A stretch of 63,869 nt of DNA, filler included, from Choristocarpus tenellus KU-1152 (Eukaryota; Protista; Phaeophyceae): the NCBI GenBank assembly GCA_964200185.2. It is 10 parts of 10 records of this genome, joined end to end, with 100 filler letters (N's around TTAATTAATTAA, not from the genome) between each part and the next. Parts side by side here need not be neighbours in the genome. Positions count along the whole stretch, not along the records: positions 8,388 to 19,193 come from CAXNAD020002702.1; positions 19,294 to 27,018 come from CAXNAD020005680.1; 8 more parts are not named here. One strand, written 5' to 3'. The notes under the pieces are model-generated. The model searched no databases, was not told where the DNA came from, and was given only the letters and a program-made list of their open reading frames with translations. This document shows, piece after piece, positions 12,701-25,528 of the stretch. Position numbers and translations under genes: made by a program. How positions within the stretch are numbered: position 1 is the stretch's first letter; every line of letters starts with the position of its first letter.

Positions 12701-15137
12701 AAAGAGTGCTGTATGTTTCCTTCCGATGATGTACTCCTGTTTATGACGAGGGTGTTCACCTATCTGACATGTGTATCTAGGATCTGAAAGTGTGTTGTGC
12801 TGTGTGTCACACCTAATGCTCTTGTACTACCTCAGGCAGTTTTTGATTACCCCTGCAGCGGTGTCTGCTGATGGAGCTGTGGAGGTTGTTAAGCAGGAGG
12901 GAAGTCAAGCTGACCCTAGTCCCAATGATATTGAGAACAGGGATGAGGGAGGATTGGAAGATGATGCTCGCTCCACCAGGCTGGAGGTGAGACTCAAGGT
13001 CTCACTGATCTACGACTTTGATGGCGAACACACCATTGAATTAGACTCTATTGTCTATACCGTTTCAATAAAATTTGTCCACCTTAGAAACAGAGCAAAA
13101 TCTCATTTCACCCGCTGTGCTTGCAAAGTGAGCAGTGAGAATTCTTGGTGATTGTAAGGGCTGTAGCCTAGCTCATGCTTCCACTGTAGTATTGTGGATT
13201 GTCCATGATTGATTCGCTACAATTCAATTGATCCAAGTACTCGGTTACTCTTTATTTTTCTTCTTGTGAGTGAGTGTACCAGACAAGCATGCTCCGTAAG
13301 TGCTCTGTTGAGTCCACGGGCTATGAGTGATGCCTGGGTATTCTGAGGATAGTAGGATGGAGTACCTAGATCTGATCATGATTATGACATAGATCTACCT
13401 ACCAGATATACTCCCTCATCTGTGTAAGGGATGAGGTCAAGGAAGGTGAAGGGTAGGATAGAAACTTGAAAAGAGCATGAAGTGACCCCTGTTGAGCTTA
13501 CATGTAAGCAGGAAGTATGGCATGTGAAGAAGTGGGAAGCCCACTGGGTTGAGGATGACATAGGGCACTTCTTCAAGGTGTATTTAGAAGTATTTGAGGG
13601 GTGGGGGGGAGAAAGTCCAAGTTCCTAGCTGTGTGCTCAATTTGTTGAAATTGGTGACTTTTTTGAAGTAGTTTCTGACTTGGGTGATTCAAGTCAATAT
13701 ATAGTCCAATAATCCACCTCCAGAGCTTCAACCCTGGGCGCAGGGAAACTTTTGTGTGTTGGGGGAGTTTCACAAGAAACACGATGGGTGTGGGTTGGGT
13801 GGTCAGTGACGTATAGACTCCTTTTTGAAGGTGAAGGCTCCAGAGTGGGCTGCTCTTATCTTGCAACTTAATTGTGATGGACTGTCATACATGCAGAATA
13901 ATATCAGACAAAATAGCAAGGTAGAGTGTTCAGTAGTGTGCAAATAAGAGTACTATTGTTTTGCTCTGATATGGCCTCTCTTGAGTCAGGGTGGCCATCT
14001 CTTAGCACTTTTCACTGTTTGGCACATTCAGATTCTAATCGAGCACATCCAGAGTTTTCCAGCCGATTTAATTTATGCTCCTAATTTTTTTCATTTTGCG
14101 ACACTAGAGAATGCTTCAAACTCGAAATATTATGATTGGTTTTTAATTTCAATGGTAGGCCTTTTTTTTGTTTTTCAGTCGGTGCATTGTTCTTATCTTG
14201 CTTCTTTTTCCTCAAATCCTGTCACCATACTCCCCATTCCTATTTTAATGTAATTTGTTAGTCATCCCGAGCTGTGCATCAAGCTGTCAGTATAGCTTGA
14301 ACCCCTGCAAAGTATCAGGATGTGTTCATCTTTCCAGTTAACGTTGAAAGCATGGCTGCACATGCAGTTGTTGTGTTGTATTTGAGGTAATTTGTTTTTC
14401 ATGTGATTTCTAACCCAATCTGATCTCTTCAGGAGCTGAGGCGTAGTCAAAGGGAACTGCTCGAACAAGTGGCACGATTAACTGAGGTAGCTGCTGTTGT
14501 GGTGTGTGGAGGTGGGAGTGAGGCACAACCTTCAGAGCAGGTGTGTGAAAAATGAAGGTTAGAAATTTGTGTCAGGTCTTTGGTCAAGAGTCTTTTTTAT
14601 CTTATTGAGAAGTGTTGATCTTAGGTGACAGCGCTCTTGTGCTCAGGAGTGTATTAAATTGTGAAAACTCTGAAGAAAAACTCTCCCTCTGTGCTTTTGA
14701 TTCCCTGTATCTGTCTTGCCAAAAGTTGCATTGTCCTCTCCTTGTGCGATGAAGGAGTCATGATAGCAGCAACAATTTTGGAAATAGTAATTGTGATGGT
14801 AACAATGATCATGGGAATAATAACAGTATTTTGGGTTGTAATATTGGAAGTTGTTTGAATTATATAATAGAAGAGTGGAGAGATAAGTGACCACACAGGA
14901 CTGAAGTGAAACATGAATGATGACATTTACAGGCATGATGGTGATTATAGTCATGATCATCATGACTATAATCTAGCAACGGTTGTGATGATGTCATGGA
15001 TGGTGAAGGGGGGATCCAGAAAGGGGAAAAACAGTAATCACATCAATAATTAACAATGCCTTGGTGTTAAGCTCTCTGGGATTTTGGTTTGAGTTTCTAT
15101 GCATCCGCATTAGCAACATCATTACTTATTATTACTA

Positions 15138-15198
<61 letters not shown>

Positions 15199-18100
15199 CC
15201 TATTTCACTGTTAATAGAATAATTTCTACTGCGCTGTAATGGGCTTTGTATTAGTCTGTGTGGCAGGCAGTAAGGACCACCAGAGAGGAGTCTCATGAAG
15301 GATGTGTTGGAGGTTTGTTGGAGGTGTGTTGGAGGAGGAAACAGGAGTGATATCCATGCTTGTGTGTAGGGTGGCTGGTTGCTTGTTTAGGGCCCTGCAT
15401 AAGATGTGGCAGATGATACAGTCTTTATCCAGCCTGTGAGGAGTAGTGGTCAGAACAGATAGGCTCCCTGATCTCTGTAGGTTGACCATATGGAAATGTT
15501 CCGTGTCATAAGGAGTCGGTTGTCTGCCTGATCTGCGTCCATCTACTGGAAAGACCACAAATGGAAATGTTTGCACACAGAATGCAAACAAATCTGCATG
15601 AAATCGGTCTTGACAATGCCAGGGAGGTACCTATTGGGACATGTCCCTGATATTTCTGTTACTGTTCGTATTGCATTTTTTGTCACTTATAACTGTTGTT
15701 ATTGCTACCGCAGGTGGTATACAGTAGTAGTGATTTTGTTGACCTCTGTTTTGTTGTTTTTCTTGGGGAAAGTGCCTACAGTTTAGCATTTACATGTTTG
15801 TAATGTTGTTATTGATACTCTTTCCGTGCACTATAAAGTGTTTTTATTGTGGTCACTGCTTTCCAGTTTTCCAATGTTACCATTACAATTGCTGTCACTA
15901 CTGTAATTACACCATGAAATCCTTTATGTTTGATATGCCATGAAGGAATATTTGAGTGAGGGAGGAACAGTACAGAGCTTGCCGCTGCTCCTGAAGCTGT
16001 TCATCTCTCAGCCCTTTCACACCCAAGGCACATATGTCAACAATGAAATGGCCTGTGAAAACCAGCGTGGTGTATCTATCTAGTGGAGTCTTAGCGTGTG
16101 AGGGAGAGAGAGCAGGTTGGAAGCTCAATATCTTGTCAGCCATCTGCATGCTGTGATGCTGCTCATTTTAAAAATTAAATCATTATGATGGTGGCACAAG
16201 GTTTGAAGTCTTTGCAGGCAAGGAAGAGAAAGTTGGTTCTGGGCTCTCTTATTGACTATTTGCTCTGCATTGCTGCTCAGTCCAGCAAGGAAATAAGATC
16301 TCCGGTGGGACAAGAAAGAAACTTTTCTCCGTGTGGCAGAGTCAGTTGTGAGCTCCATTTCTTGTCAGCTGTCTGCCCTTGTGTAGCAGCTGAGTACAAC
16401 AATAAGTCATCTCGGATGATGTGATACATGTGTGCGTGTATATCTTACAGGATTGGATTGAAAGACGCGAAAGAAACACTTGTTCACATTTGATGACCGT
16501 GTGGAAGGTCATGAATTGTGGTTACTCTATGTGAGTGTGGTTGTCAACTCCATTGGGAAGTATCATGGTAGCATTCCTTCCGCCACCAGCATCTTGACTA
16601 AACACTAGCTGCTCCGAATGCTATGTTTTGTTGGTACTGCGATAAGAAATTGTCATGTGTTCCATTTTATTACTATATTGTTAATATGACTGGTACTGTT
16701 CTTACTGTTCTTGTTTTACAATCTTTTCTCTTTTAATAAAATTCTGATCAGGGCTATGGTCCAGGGGAGCACACGGAAGGAGATTATGTGGAGCAACAAC
16801 AGAACAGTAGTGCAGCGAGTTTGCGAACGCCACAAAGAACGAGGGAGGTGGGAGTGGGGGACTCTCAAATGCAAGTGTGGTTGGACGACACAGACGGAGA
16901 AGGGGAGATTTTTGGCAGTGCGGGCAAGGAAAAGGGTGGGGAGAATGTGGGAGTGTCTGGTAGCGAGGGGAGTGCTGAGAGTGCGTCCAGCAGCCAACAG
17001 TCGGAGGTGATGTTATGTGAATTTAAGTGGTTGATCTGTGCTGTCTTGACCTACTGTTCTGTTTGCTTTACCAAGGGCTTGAAATTTTACTCTGATTCTG
17101 CTAATACCTCGGCGTATCTTTTTTGTTGTCTGGGATGTTGTCTTGTCCTTGTTCTTGAATTTATTGATTTGAATTTGTCATTTTTTCTATCATGGTTTGA
17201 TATATTGACTTCTTTTGAGAGAAGGTGATACACCCCAGCTTGATAGAATATAGAAACCACTGATGTGTCGAGACTGTGCTTGTAGGAGAGAGCTCAACTT
17301 GCATAGCATGAGCCGAGATATGTTTAAAATGAGCATGCAAAAGACTTAAGTATTTTTTGGCTTGTTGAAGGGTAGCTGGGGGGCATGATCATCATCTTGT
17401 GCATTTTGGATATTGATGCCTGGACAACCACTGAGAAAGGTTTAACCACTGAGAAAGGTTTCAGTGGGAAATATACAACAATGTTTCGTAATTGTGGAAC
17501 ACCACTCAACATGTCCATGTACCATGAACAGGGAATCAATTGGCCTAACTCATTTTTTTCATTCTTTGTCCTGGTGAGAAGGGGCCCTGTGTAGGGGAAT
17601 TACACTATCTATGTGTTCTCAAGACTGAAACCACCATTGTCCAACTGTTGTTGAACATTTGAAGCACTCCGAGTAGTTGGAAATGAGGAATTCTGCTCAA
17701 TTCCTTGGATCTGATCGTGCTATAATACTGTCAAGTCCTTTTTGCAGGCATTTTGGGGGAGGACAGAGAGTGTGGCATTTCTATATATGCAATCCAGCAA
17801 GTGCACTATGTGAAGAATATTTTACTTCCCATGTCCAGATTATTTTCTTCTGTTGGATGTTTTTCATAGTCATCGTTCACATTTCACAGAAAAAATATAC
17901 TAAGCAGTTTACCATTAGTGTTTGTACATTCACAATGATAGGTTGAAGCTTAGATGTTTGGCTTGCCAGGCCATATTTCCAATTGGATGCGCTCTGTCTT
18001 GCTTTGTGGATTGTTGTGAAGACCTTTTGTAACCTCACAAGGATGAGTGGTGGGTTGGTGGGTAGGTGTGTAATAAGATGAGGACAGGTACCATGTCCCT

Positions 18101-19055
18101 TAACCTTTCTTGGTAGGGTGTCCTTGTGCAATCTAAATATTGGTGATGTACATAAAGTTTATGGTTTGATAGTGGTAAGGAAAGGACACTGCTTCGTAGG
18201 TGTAAGTAGTACATGCTTGTGAGAGACATCGTCCCACATTCTTTTGACCCATTTTTTTTTCTTGAAAACCAGGAGGAGATAGTTGGTGGGGAGCAAGATG
18301 ATCCTGGTTCTGCAAAGGGTATCCTCAATCTACCAGATTTCTTCCAATTTTCTGGTGATGAGGCAGTAGTGGAGGACTATTGTGCTGAGGCTGAGGAGGT
18401 GAGACTTACGTGTCATCAACAATTTTATATTCTGATTGAGACCTTTGTTAGTTGACAAGTCAGTGTATATTAGCTACAGCTACTGAAAAGGTTGTATGCC
18501 GCTCAGTATTGTAGTGTTCAGGTTGTTGAACTGCCAGAGTGTTGCAGATTTCAAGTTTACCCATGTATCATTTGTCCAGGCTTGTGAAGATTCTTGGATT
18601 ACTTTGCTGTAGCAGTGGATCTCATGCCCAGCTTCTGCTGCCTTTTTTTGTTCTTTTTTGTTTGTTCAGGAAACGAGATGTCAGACAAAAGAGCATGTGC
18701 TAGTGGAGGCAGTAGTCCTCAGTCTTCTAGCTCACCTTGATGTTCAGAGCACAGAATACACAAAGGTATTGAAGGAGCTATTTTGCATACAGTTGAGCAT
18801 GACCATACTGAAGGTGTCCATGACCAAATGTTTTATTGGAAAGTTGCCCTTTAAAAAATCAGAGGAGAAGATCAGCCTAAGAGCAGAATCTTGCAACTTA
18901 CTACTATTGAAATTGCTTTCTGTAATCATTACTAATTTGACCAGGCGTTGCAGGATAGTTCAAGCCTGTCTCAGGCCCCGCAACTTCCACCAGCTGTGCA
19001 TCCACATGCAGTTTCGTTCATGTTGCTGCACTCTCTACTGGACCAACTCCTTCAG
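9762..19055 (+). CDS. Multi-exon protein of unknown function (3' end truncated by contig end)
   Basis: Phase-consistent exons: 9762-9857 (MSSGEALLRAC..), 9960-10102, 10335-~10431, 10697-10753, 10951-11007, 11193-11330 (KAKRRKKKRRSKDKERDK, NLS-like), 11962-12069, 12308-12570 (GC donor), 12836-12986, 14433-14540, 16752-17006, 18273-18398, 18670-18765, 18945-19055. Possible extra exon near 16451. No family motif recognised. Confidence 0.75.
15141..15198. repeat. (ATT)n microsatellite
   Basis: Long near-perfect TTA/ATT run in an intron. Confidence 0.95.
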
Positions 19056-21023
19056 GTAAAGAAGAGCAAACCAATTGCCCCCTACCCTTCATATTGATAG
19101 GCAGCTGGTTGTTAATATGGATATGGATACCCATTCTCACTTTCTGATTTGATCCAATTATAGTTTATATTGACCTAAAATATATGGGGGGGGNNNNNNN
19201 NNNNNNNNNNNNNNNNNNNNNNNNNNNNNNNNNNNNNTTAATTAATTAANNNNNNNNNNNNNNNNNNNNNNNNNNNNNNNNNNNNNNNNNNNNCGAGGGA
19301 GGACAGGCTTGAGTTGATCGAAAATTGTGTTGATTTCTCGAATGAATGCAAGCTGGGAAAAAACCTTAATCAACTTTATACTTCCAACCCCAAGTCCAGG
19401 AACAAAAGTGAATGAATGTCCGGCATCTTGTAAGAAGTGGGAGACACCAAACCACTGGTGCGCAAATAGTCTCAAACTCACGTCCTCTTCTTCCCTGGTG
19501 TCCTTGTCAATGGCTCCCTCCTCCTGCTTCGCGACCTCTTCGAAGTAAAGGATTTGGTGGTATCAAAAGGTCTCCACGGCTGCCTTTGTCACGATCGCTT
19601 TCTCCTCCGCCTTGCGAGCCCTTTCGACCTTCTTTCGGGCTTCAGAGCCCTTGTAGTCCAACCCTAACACCCTTTTTTTCTCGTTTCCTTAAGCCACTCT
19701 GGCTCGCTCAGCTTCCAGGCAGCCAGGGCCTGATGCAACTGTCGACTACTAAGATATTCTACACCCGGGTTTTCGCTTAGGCTTTTCCTGGGCGGAATGG
19801 CAAGCAGTCCCACTGCTCTCTTCCCCAACCTTCCCTTCGGGCGCCCACTCTGGTTCTCCCTTCACCCGCCATGACCAGGCTTCACCACAGACTTCGTCAT
19901 TGTACCACCTGGTGATGGACTCGCGGCTCTCTTCCTGCTTTCTCGAGGCGGCAGAGACTGTGGAGCAGTGATCCGGATCAGTTGAAGATCCAACCACGTT
20001 TGTGTGGTAATGTTTTCAATGCAGCTTCTCTTAGCACCAGTGTCACGGCCTCGTGATCCAATTCGCGATTTGATTATGTTGCTGAGCCATAGTACACACA
20101 CTTTCTCATCACCTAACTTCGCACTGAGTGTCACACGATACTTGCTTTTCCTTCGCCTCTTGACAGAGAAGGTGCCGAGGGTAGATCCGGGGGCAGAGTG
20201 GCCTCGGCGGCTCTCCTTGTCTCACCGTCGTGGTTCATGTTGCAGTGTAAGTCACGTGTGTGTGCCCTCAGAGAAAGTCTGCAAAAGGCGATAAAAAGAT
20301 GTCCCAAAATCTTGGGGGGGGGGGGGGGGTCGGTATCGCGACACTGGCCAAAATTCGGCAGCGAGGGACCCCGGACTAGGTTTTTGCAAGGAGTTCAGCC
20401 AACTACTTCAGTTTTGTCCGTTTTCAAGTCTCCACCTTCAAAATTGCGCAAGAGATATGCTCCCCCGCGCTTTTTCCATTACTTGATCGGGACATAGTTC
20501 CCGTTGCTCGAAGTCTGGTCATTCGTGCATACAAAGCTTCAACACCTCTTCGAATAAGCTTTCATTTGATATTGTTGTATATTTCTTGTGGAAAGACAGT
20601 GAAAAAAAGCAAGATTGCCACAGAGGGCAAAGCTACTGGTACCGCCTTACCCATCACAAGGCCGTCCAGAGTTTTTTTTTGAGAAAGAGCGCTCATATTG
20701 GGGTTCGAATCCTGGATAGTAGGTCACCAAGAGTGCCAACAGATGGACTATTACTTGATTCAAGTATAGGGTTTGGACAGGAAAAAAGCCTCCCCACCCT
20801 TTCTTCCTGTGTGTTCGCGCACCCACTCTTTGACCTCGGCAAGGATGTCCTGGTCAAGGCCCAGGACGAAACGCCTCTCATAGTGCACTTGCTCCGACAC
20901 CTTGATGTTGCCCTTAGTTAGGAAGCATCTTTCCTATTTACTCACAGTATCCAGCCTGATCATTACATATCCTACTGCCATCTCGAGCGCCGTTTGACGG
21001 TCTTTCCCGTCGTTCTTACATAC

Positions 21024-22809
21024 TGTAAAGAGTATGCTTTTTATTCATGTGTAAAAGATTATTATATGTAGGAGAAACATTGAGTTGTTGAACTATTATG
21101 ATTCGATAACGGGATAATTGATAGGAAAGCCTTCTGTTGAGTAATCGTGAGAATATTATCTGGGCTATTATAGTACAACACAGAGAATGAGTTACGCGTT
21201 ATTTGACTGGCGCATGAACGTTGTAGCAAGTGACACAGAGAATGAGTGAGATGTTATTAGAATATGAATGGTAAGGTGACAACCCCCTTTGAGCTTTGAA
21301 GTTCATTCTCCTTCCTTACACCTTCCTTACTTCATGTACAACCTGTTTTGGACAATAAGGAATTAATCGAGTCATTTACATACACAAGTCTTGGGAACAC
21401 CAAATTCTTTAACATGCTAGCTAGCATCACTTATTGAATTGTGCTAAGTTCTCAAGGCTAGCATCAAATCGATTTGAGGGGGAATCCCGATGGAGGAGGC
21501 CGTCGGTTACAGAAGACGTATTTTGAGAAGAGTGGAGTATGGAGACACGACACCTGCAACACCAGTTGAAGAAGGTAGAGAAGTGGTCGAGTCTGAGGTG
21601 GAAGAAGACGGAGAGGCGGTTAGCAGAACCGTGCAGCAGGTGGTGCCAACTGGACGGAGATTAAGACGACTGATTCCACTGCCACCAACGTTTAAGGTCT
21701 ACAGTGGCGATGATGATGGTGATGGATTTGCCATGTTCGAGCGAAAATTCCTTTTGTGTGCTGCCATGGGCGGCTGGAAGGATATGTTGTTATCTGATGA
21801 TCACGTACGTTTTATCAAGATTCGACAGGTCACAGGATGCGGTCGGGCAGCGAGGATGGATCTACAACAACGAGTTTGCGAAACGTATTAAATTCGTAAA
21901 CGATAGCTTAATCGACGGATGGGAAATAATGGCGAAGCATTGATGGTTGGAGGTCTGTTGAAAAGCTTGGCGCATGTAAGGCTCTTCGTCGGAAGCTAGC
22001 AGTTGAATTACATGGTAAAGCACACACTGAATTATTAATTGCCCATCAACCATCCATGATCACTGACGTATAAATAAATGTTGACTTATTACATTCTTAT
22101 GCACGTAGGCACTTTGTATCATACCTAACTAAATATAAACGTACGTAACCCTAGAACCAAGCACATTGATATTAGGTATCACTACGTACGTCAGTTGGAG
22201 AAGGAAGGCAAGATAGCAATTGGGTATTTGCCAACTGAGTTTCAACATGCTGATCTTTTTACTAAGGGATTGTCTAAGGAATCTTTCAATAGGCATTCCA
22301 GTGTTATCATGCGTAGAATCAAGTGGAATTGAGTTTTGGTTTAAGATATGTCCAAGAATGTTTTGAGGTGATATTTGTTCACTTGAAGTTCAAAGCAGGG
22401 GAGTGTGTTAAGATTATGCTTTTTATTCATGTGTAAAGATTAATCTGTAGGAGAAACATTGAGTTGTTGAACTATTATGATTTGATAACGGGATAATTGA
22501 TAGGAAAGCTTTCTGTTGAGTAATCTTGAGAATATTATAGGGGTTATTATAGTACAACACAGAGAATGAGTTACGTGTTAAGTGAGTGACGTCTTATTTG
22601 AGTGACACATGAAGGTTGTAGTACGTGACACAGAGAATGAGTGACGTGTTATTTGAATATGAATGGTAAGGTGACAACGCCCTTTGAGCTTTGAAGTTCA
22701 CTCTCCTTCCTTACACCTTCCTTACTTCATGTACAACCTGTTTTGGACAATAAGGAATTAATCGAGTCATTTACATACAGATGTCTTGGGAACGCCAATT
22801 TCTTTAACA
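21024..22809 (+). mobile_element. Internally deleted Ty1/Copia LTR retrotransposon (family 1) with both LTRs
   Basis: 5' LTR 21024-21414 and 3' LTR 22406-22809 (TG...CA). Gag N-terminus from 21490. Copia RNase H C-terminus RTKHIDIRYHYVR..ADLFTKGL at ~22150-22330. PPT AAAGCAGGGGAGTG before the 3' LTR. Flanks CATAC / TACAC share only TAC (imperfect TSD). Confidence 0.93.
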
Positions 22810-23416
22810 TACACGTACAGGATTCGCACTGTTAGAGCCTTTACTATCATATTTCCTTGTTGAGCGCCGGAAATGGGCATTGTCCATGTTTCCTGGACAG
22901 GTGATATTTTATCATCAAGACGCAAGGTCAAGGGAGGATAGGCTTGAGTTGATCGAAAATTTTGTTGATTTCTCGAATGACTGCAAGCTGGGAGAAAACC
23001 TTTGTCGCCACATCTTCCCTTTTTTACCATCGCTTTCTCCTCCACCTTTTGAGCCCTTTCAACCTTCGGGCTTCAGAGCCCTTGTAGTCCAACCCTAACA
23101 CCTTTTTTTTCTTGTTTCCTTAAGCCACTCTGGCTCGCACAGCTTCCAGACAGCCAGGGTCTGCTGCAACTGTCGACTACTAAGATATTCTACACCCGGG
23201 TTTTCACTTAGGCGTTTCCTGAGCGCGATGGCACTCAGTCACGCTGCTCTCTTCTCCAACCTTCCCTTCGGGCGGCCACCCTGGTTCTCTCTTCGCCCTC
23301 GGTGACCAGGCTTTCCCACAGACTTCGTCATTGTACCACCTGGTGATGGACTCGCCGCTCTCTTCCTGCTTTCCCAAGGTGGCAGAGACTGTAGACCAGT
23401 GCTCCGACGTGGTTGA

Positions 23417-23673
23417 GAGTGAAATTATCCTAGAGGGTACGAATTTTTCCCTGTTTGTCCGTTTAGGGCTTGCCTTTCCACGGATATTTTTAATGAAATT
23501 TTACCTACTCTGAAACATTTCGGAGTAGGTAAGATGTGTATGACATGAAAAGGTGTGTCCGGAACAAGGATATTGACTCTTGCTAACAAACACGATAGGT
23601 AAAATTGCATCAAAATTTCGACATTGGATTTTGGTCCCCAAGGCGGGTTGTACCCTCCAAGATGCTTTGACTT
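23417..23673. mobile_element. MITE family A, full copy with 3-bp TSD (TGA)
   Basis: Imperfect TIRs GAGTGAAATTATCCTAGAGGGTA / TACCCTCCAAGATGCTTTGACTT. The empty site is visible in the paralogous repeat at ~19980 (GTTGA^AGATCC). Confidence 0.88.
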
Positions 23674-24182
23674 TGAAGATCCAACCACGTTTGTGTGGTG
23701 ATGCTTTCAATGCATCTTCTCTCAGCATCAATGTCGCTGCTGAGTGGTCCATTTCGCGATTTGATCATGCTGCTGCGCCACATTACACGCACTTTCTCGT
23801 CACCTAACTTCGCACTGAGTGTCACACGGTACTTGTTTTTCTGTCACCTCTCAACAGAGAAGGTGCCGAGGGTAGATCCAGGGGGCAGGGTGGCCTCGGC
23901 GGCTCTCCTTTTCTCACCGCCATGGTTCATGTTGCTGTGTGGGTCACCTGTGTGTGTGCTCACAAAAACTCTGCAAAAGTCATCAAAAAGATGTCCCAAA
24001 ATCTTTGGGGGGGGGCTTGGTATCGCCGCACTGGCCAAACTTGGGCAGCGAGGGACCCCGGACTAGGTTTTTGCAAGGAGTTCAGCCAACCACTTCAGTT
24101 TTGTCCGTTTTGAAGTCTTGACCTTCAAAATTGCGCAAGAGATATTCCCACGTGTTTTTGCCATTCTTTGATCGGGACATAG

Positions 24183-24625
24183 TGTTACAGGCGCCCCTCA
24201 ATGCTCACCTTCCCAGGATGTACAAGTCAAGTCCAATTCAAAGATTATCGAACGTCAACTCAGCAGAACAGGGGTACTCTCGAATGAATCAATCAGTATA
24301 AGAAATGTATATAAAGTTTGGTATCAGATAAGAGTGACTTTGTGTGGGTATTATTAGGTCAGAAGAGCTGAGCCGATTTGAGCTGTTTTTAGGAACTCTA
24401 ATCATCATTTACCGTTTGAGGTTTGTTCGGGTTTACAAATACTGGTACATATCTGAGAACCGTTTCCGACCATCCATCCGTGACCCTCTGCAACTACCCA
24501 AGTTACAGTTTATTCTGCAACTTTTTGGCAAATCGGAGTTCCCCCTTTTGGGGTTCCCCACGCGTGTATACTGCTCGCGCTGGTTAAAGCGCAGGAAGAA
24601 ATTCTCGCGCTGTTCGTCTCTAACA
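24183..24625. mobile_element. Solo LTR (443 bp) with 4-bp TSD ATAG
   Basis: TGTTA...TAACA termini with ATAG on both sides. The empty site is in the paralog at ~20496 (GGGACATAG^TTCCCG). A second copy starts at 26944. Confidence 0.9.
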
Positions 24626-24937
24626 ATAGCTCCCGTTCCCCACAGCCTGGACATTTGTGGATATAAACCTTCAAAAGCTCTTGTCACACCCTTTTACTTG
24701 ATATATACATTGTTGTATAACTGTTGTGGCGTTCCAGTGAACAAAACTACGATTGCCACAGAGGGTGAAGCTACTGGTACCACCTTAGTGGTCGAATTTG
24801 GCTTCTAATTTCTTTGCAAAATAAATATGCAATAAAATGGTACCAATAGTTCTGCGGTCTGCGGCAACCTTGCTTCTATTCACTGTCGGGTCAGGAGAGG
24901 TATGCAACAATATAAATATCAAATGAACGCTTATGTC

Positions 24938-25139
24938 AAGAGGGGTTGATGTAATTTTGGCTATATGTTTGTTAGGAGATGTCAATATCCTTGTCCCGAA
25001 CACCTTTCATAACGTATACATTTTACCTACTACTCCGAAACATTTCAGATTAGGTAAAATGTCATGAAAAACCCGTGGGAAGCCAAGCCCCAAATGGACA
25101 AACAGGGAAAAGGTCGTACCCTCTAAGATACTTTCACTC
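24938..25139. mobile_element. MITE family A, truncated copy inverted relative to 25270-25528
   Basis: Reverse-complement similarity to the adjacent copy; ends TACCCTCTAAGATACTTTCACTC. Confidence 0.8.
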
Positions 25140-25269
25140 ATTTTGAAGGTCACAACCTGAAAAGGTACAAAAATGAAGTGGTTGGCTGAATTCCCCGCAA
25201 ACACCTGGTCAGGGATAGGCCCTGCCAAACTACGGTGAGTTTTGCCCTACCGAAAAAAAATGCAAGATT

Positions 25270-25528
25270 GAATTAAAGTATCTTAGAGGGTACGAGTTTT
25301 GCCCTGTTTGTCAATTTGGGGCTTGGCTTCCCATGGGTTGTTTTATGACATTTTCCTGCTCCAAAATGTTTAGAAGCACGTAGAGTGTGTATGTTGTGAA
25401 AAGGTGTGTCCGGAACATGGATGTTGACACTTCCTAACAAACACGATAGCCAAAATTACATCAAAATTGCGATGTTAGATTTTGGCCCCCAAATTGACGC
25501 TGCTCTACCCTCTGAGATGCTTTGGCTT
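25270..25528. mobile_element. MITE family A, full copy with 3-bp TSD (ATT)
   Basis: TIRs GAATTAAAGTATCTTAGAGGGTA / TACCCTCTGAGATGCTTTGGCTT, inserted in host AAGATT^TTGGG. Confidence 0.85.

Noticed and set aside
20698-20715. GGGTTCGAATCC tRNA B-box-like motif (also near 26343)
   Set aside because: No A-box or cloverleaf; it is part of the dispersed repeat.
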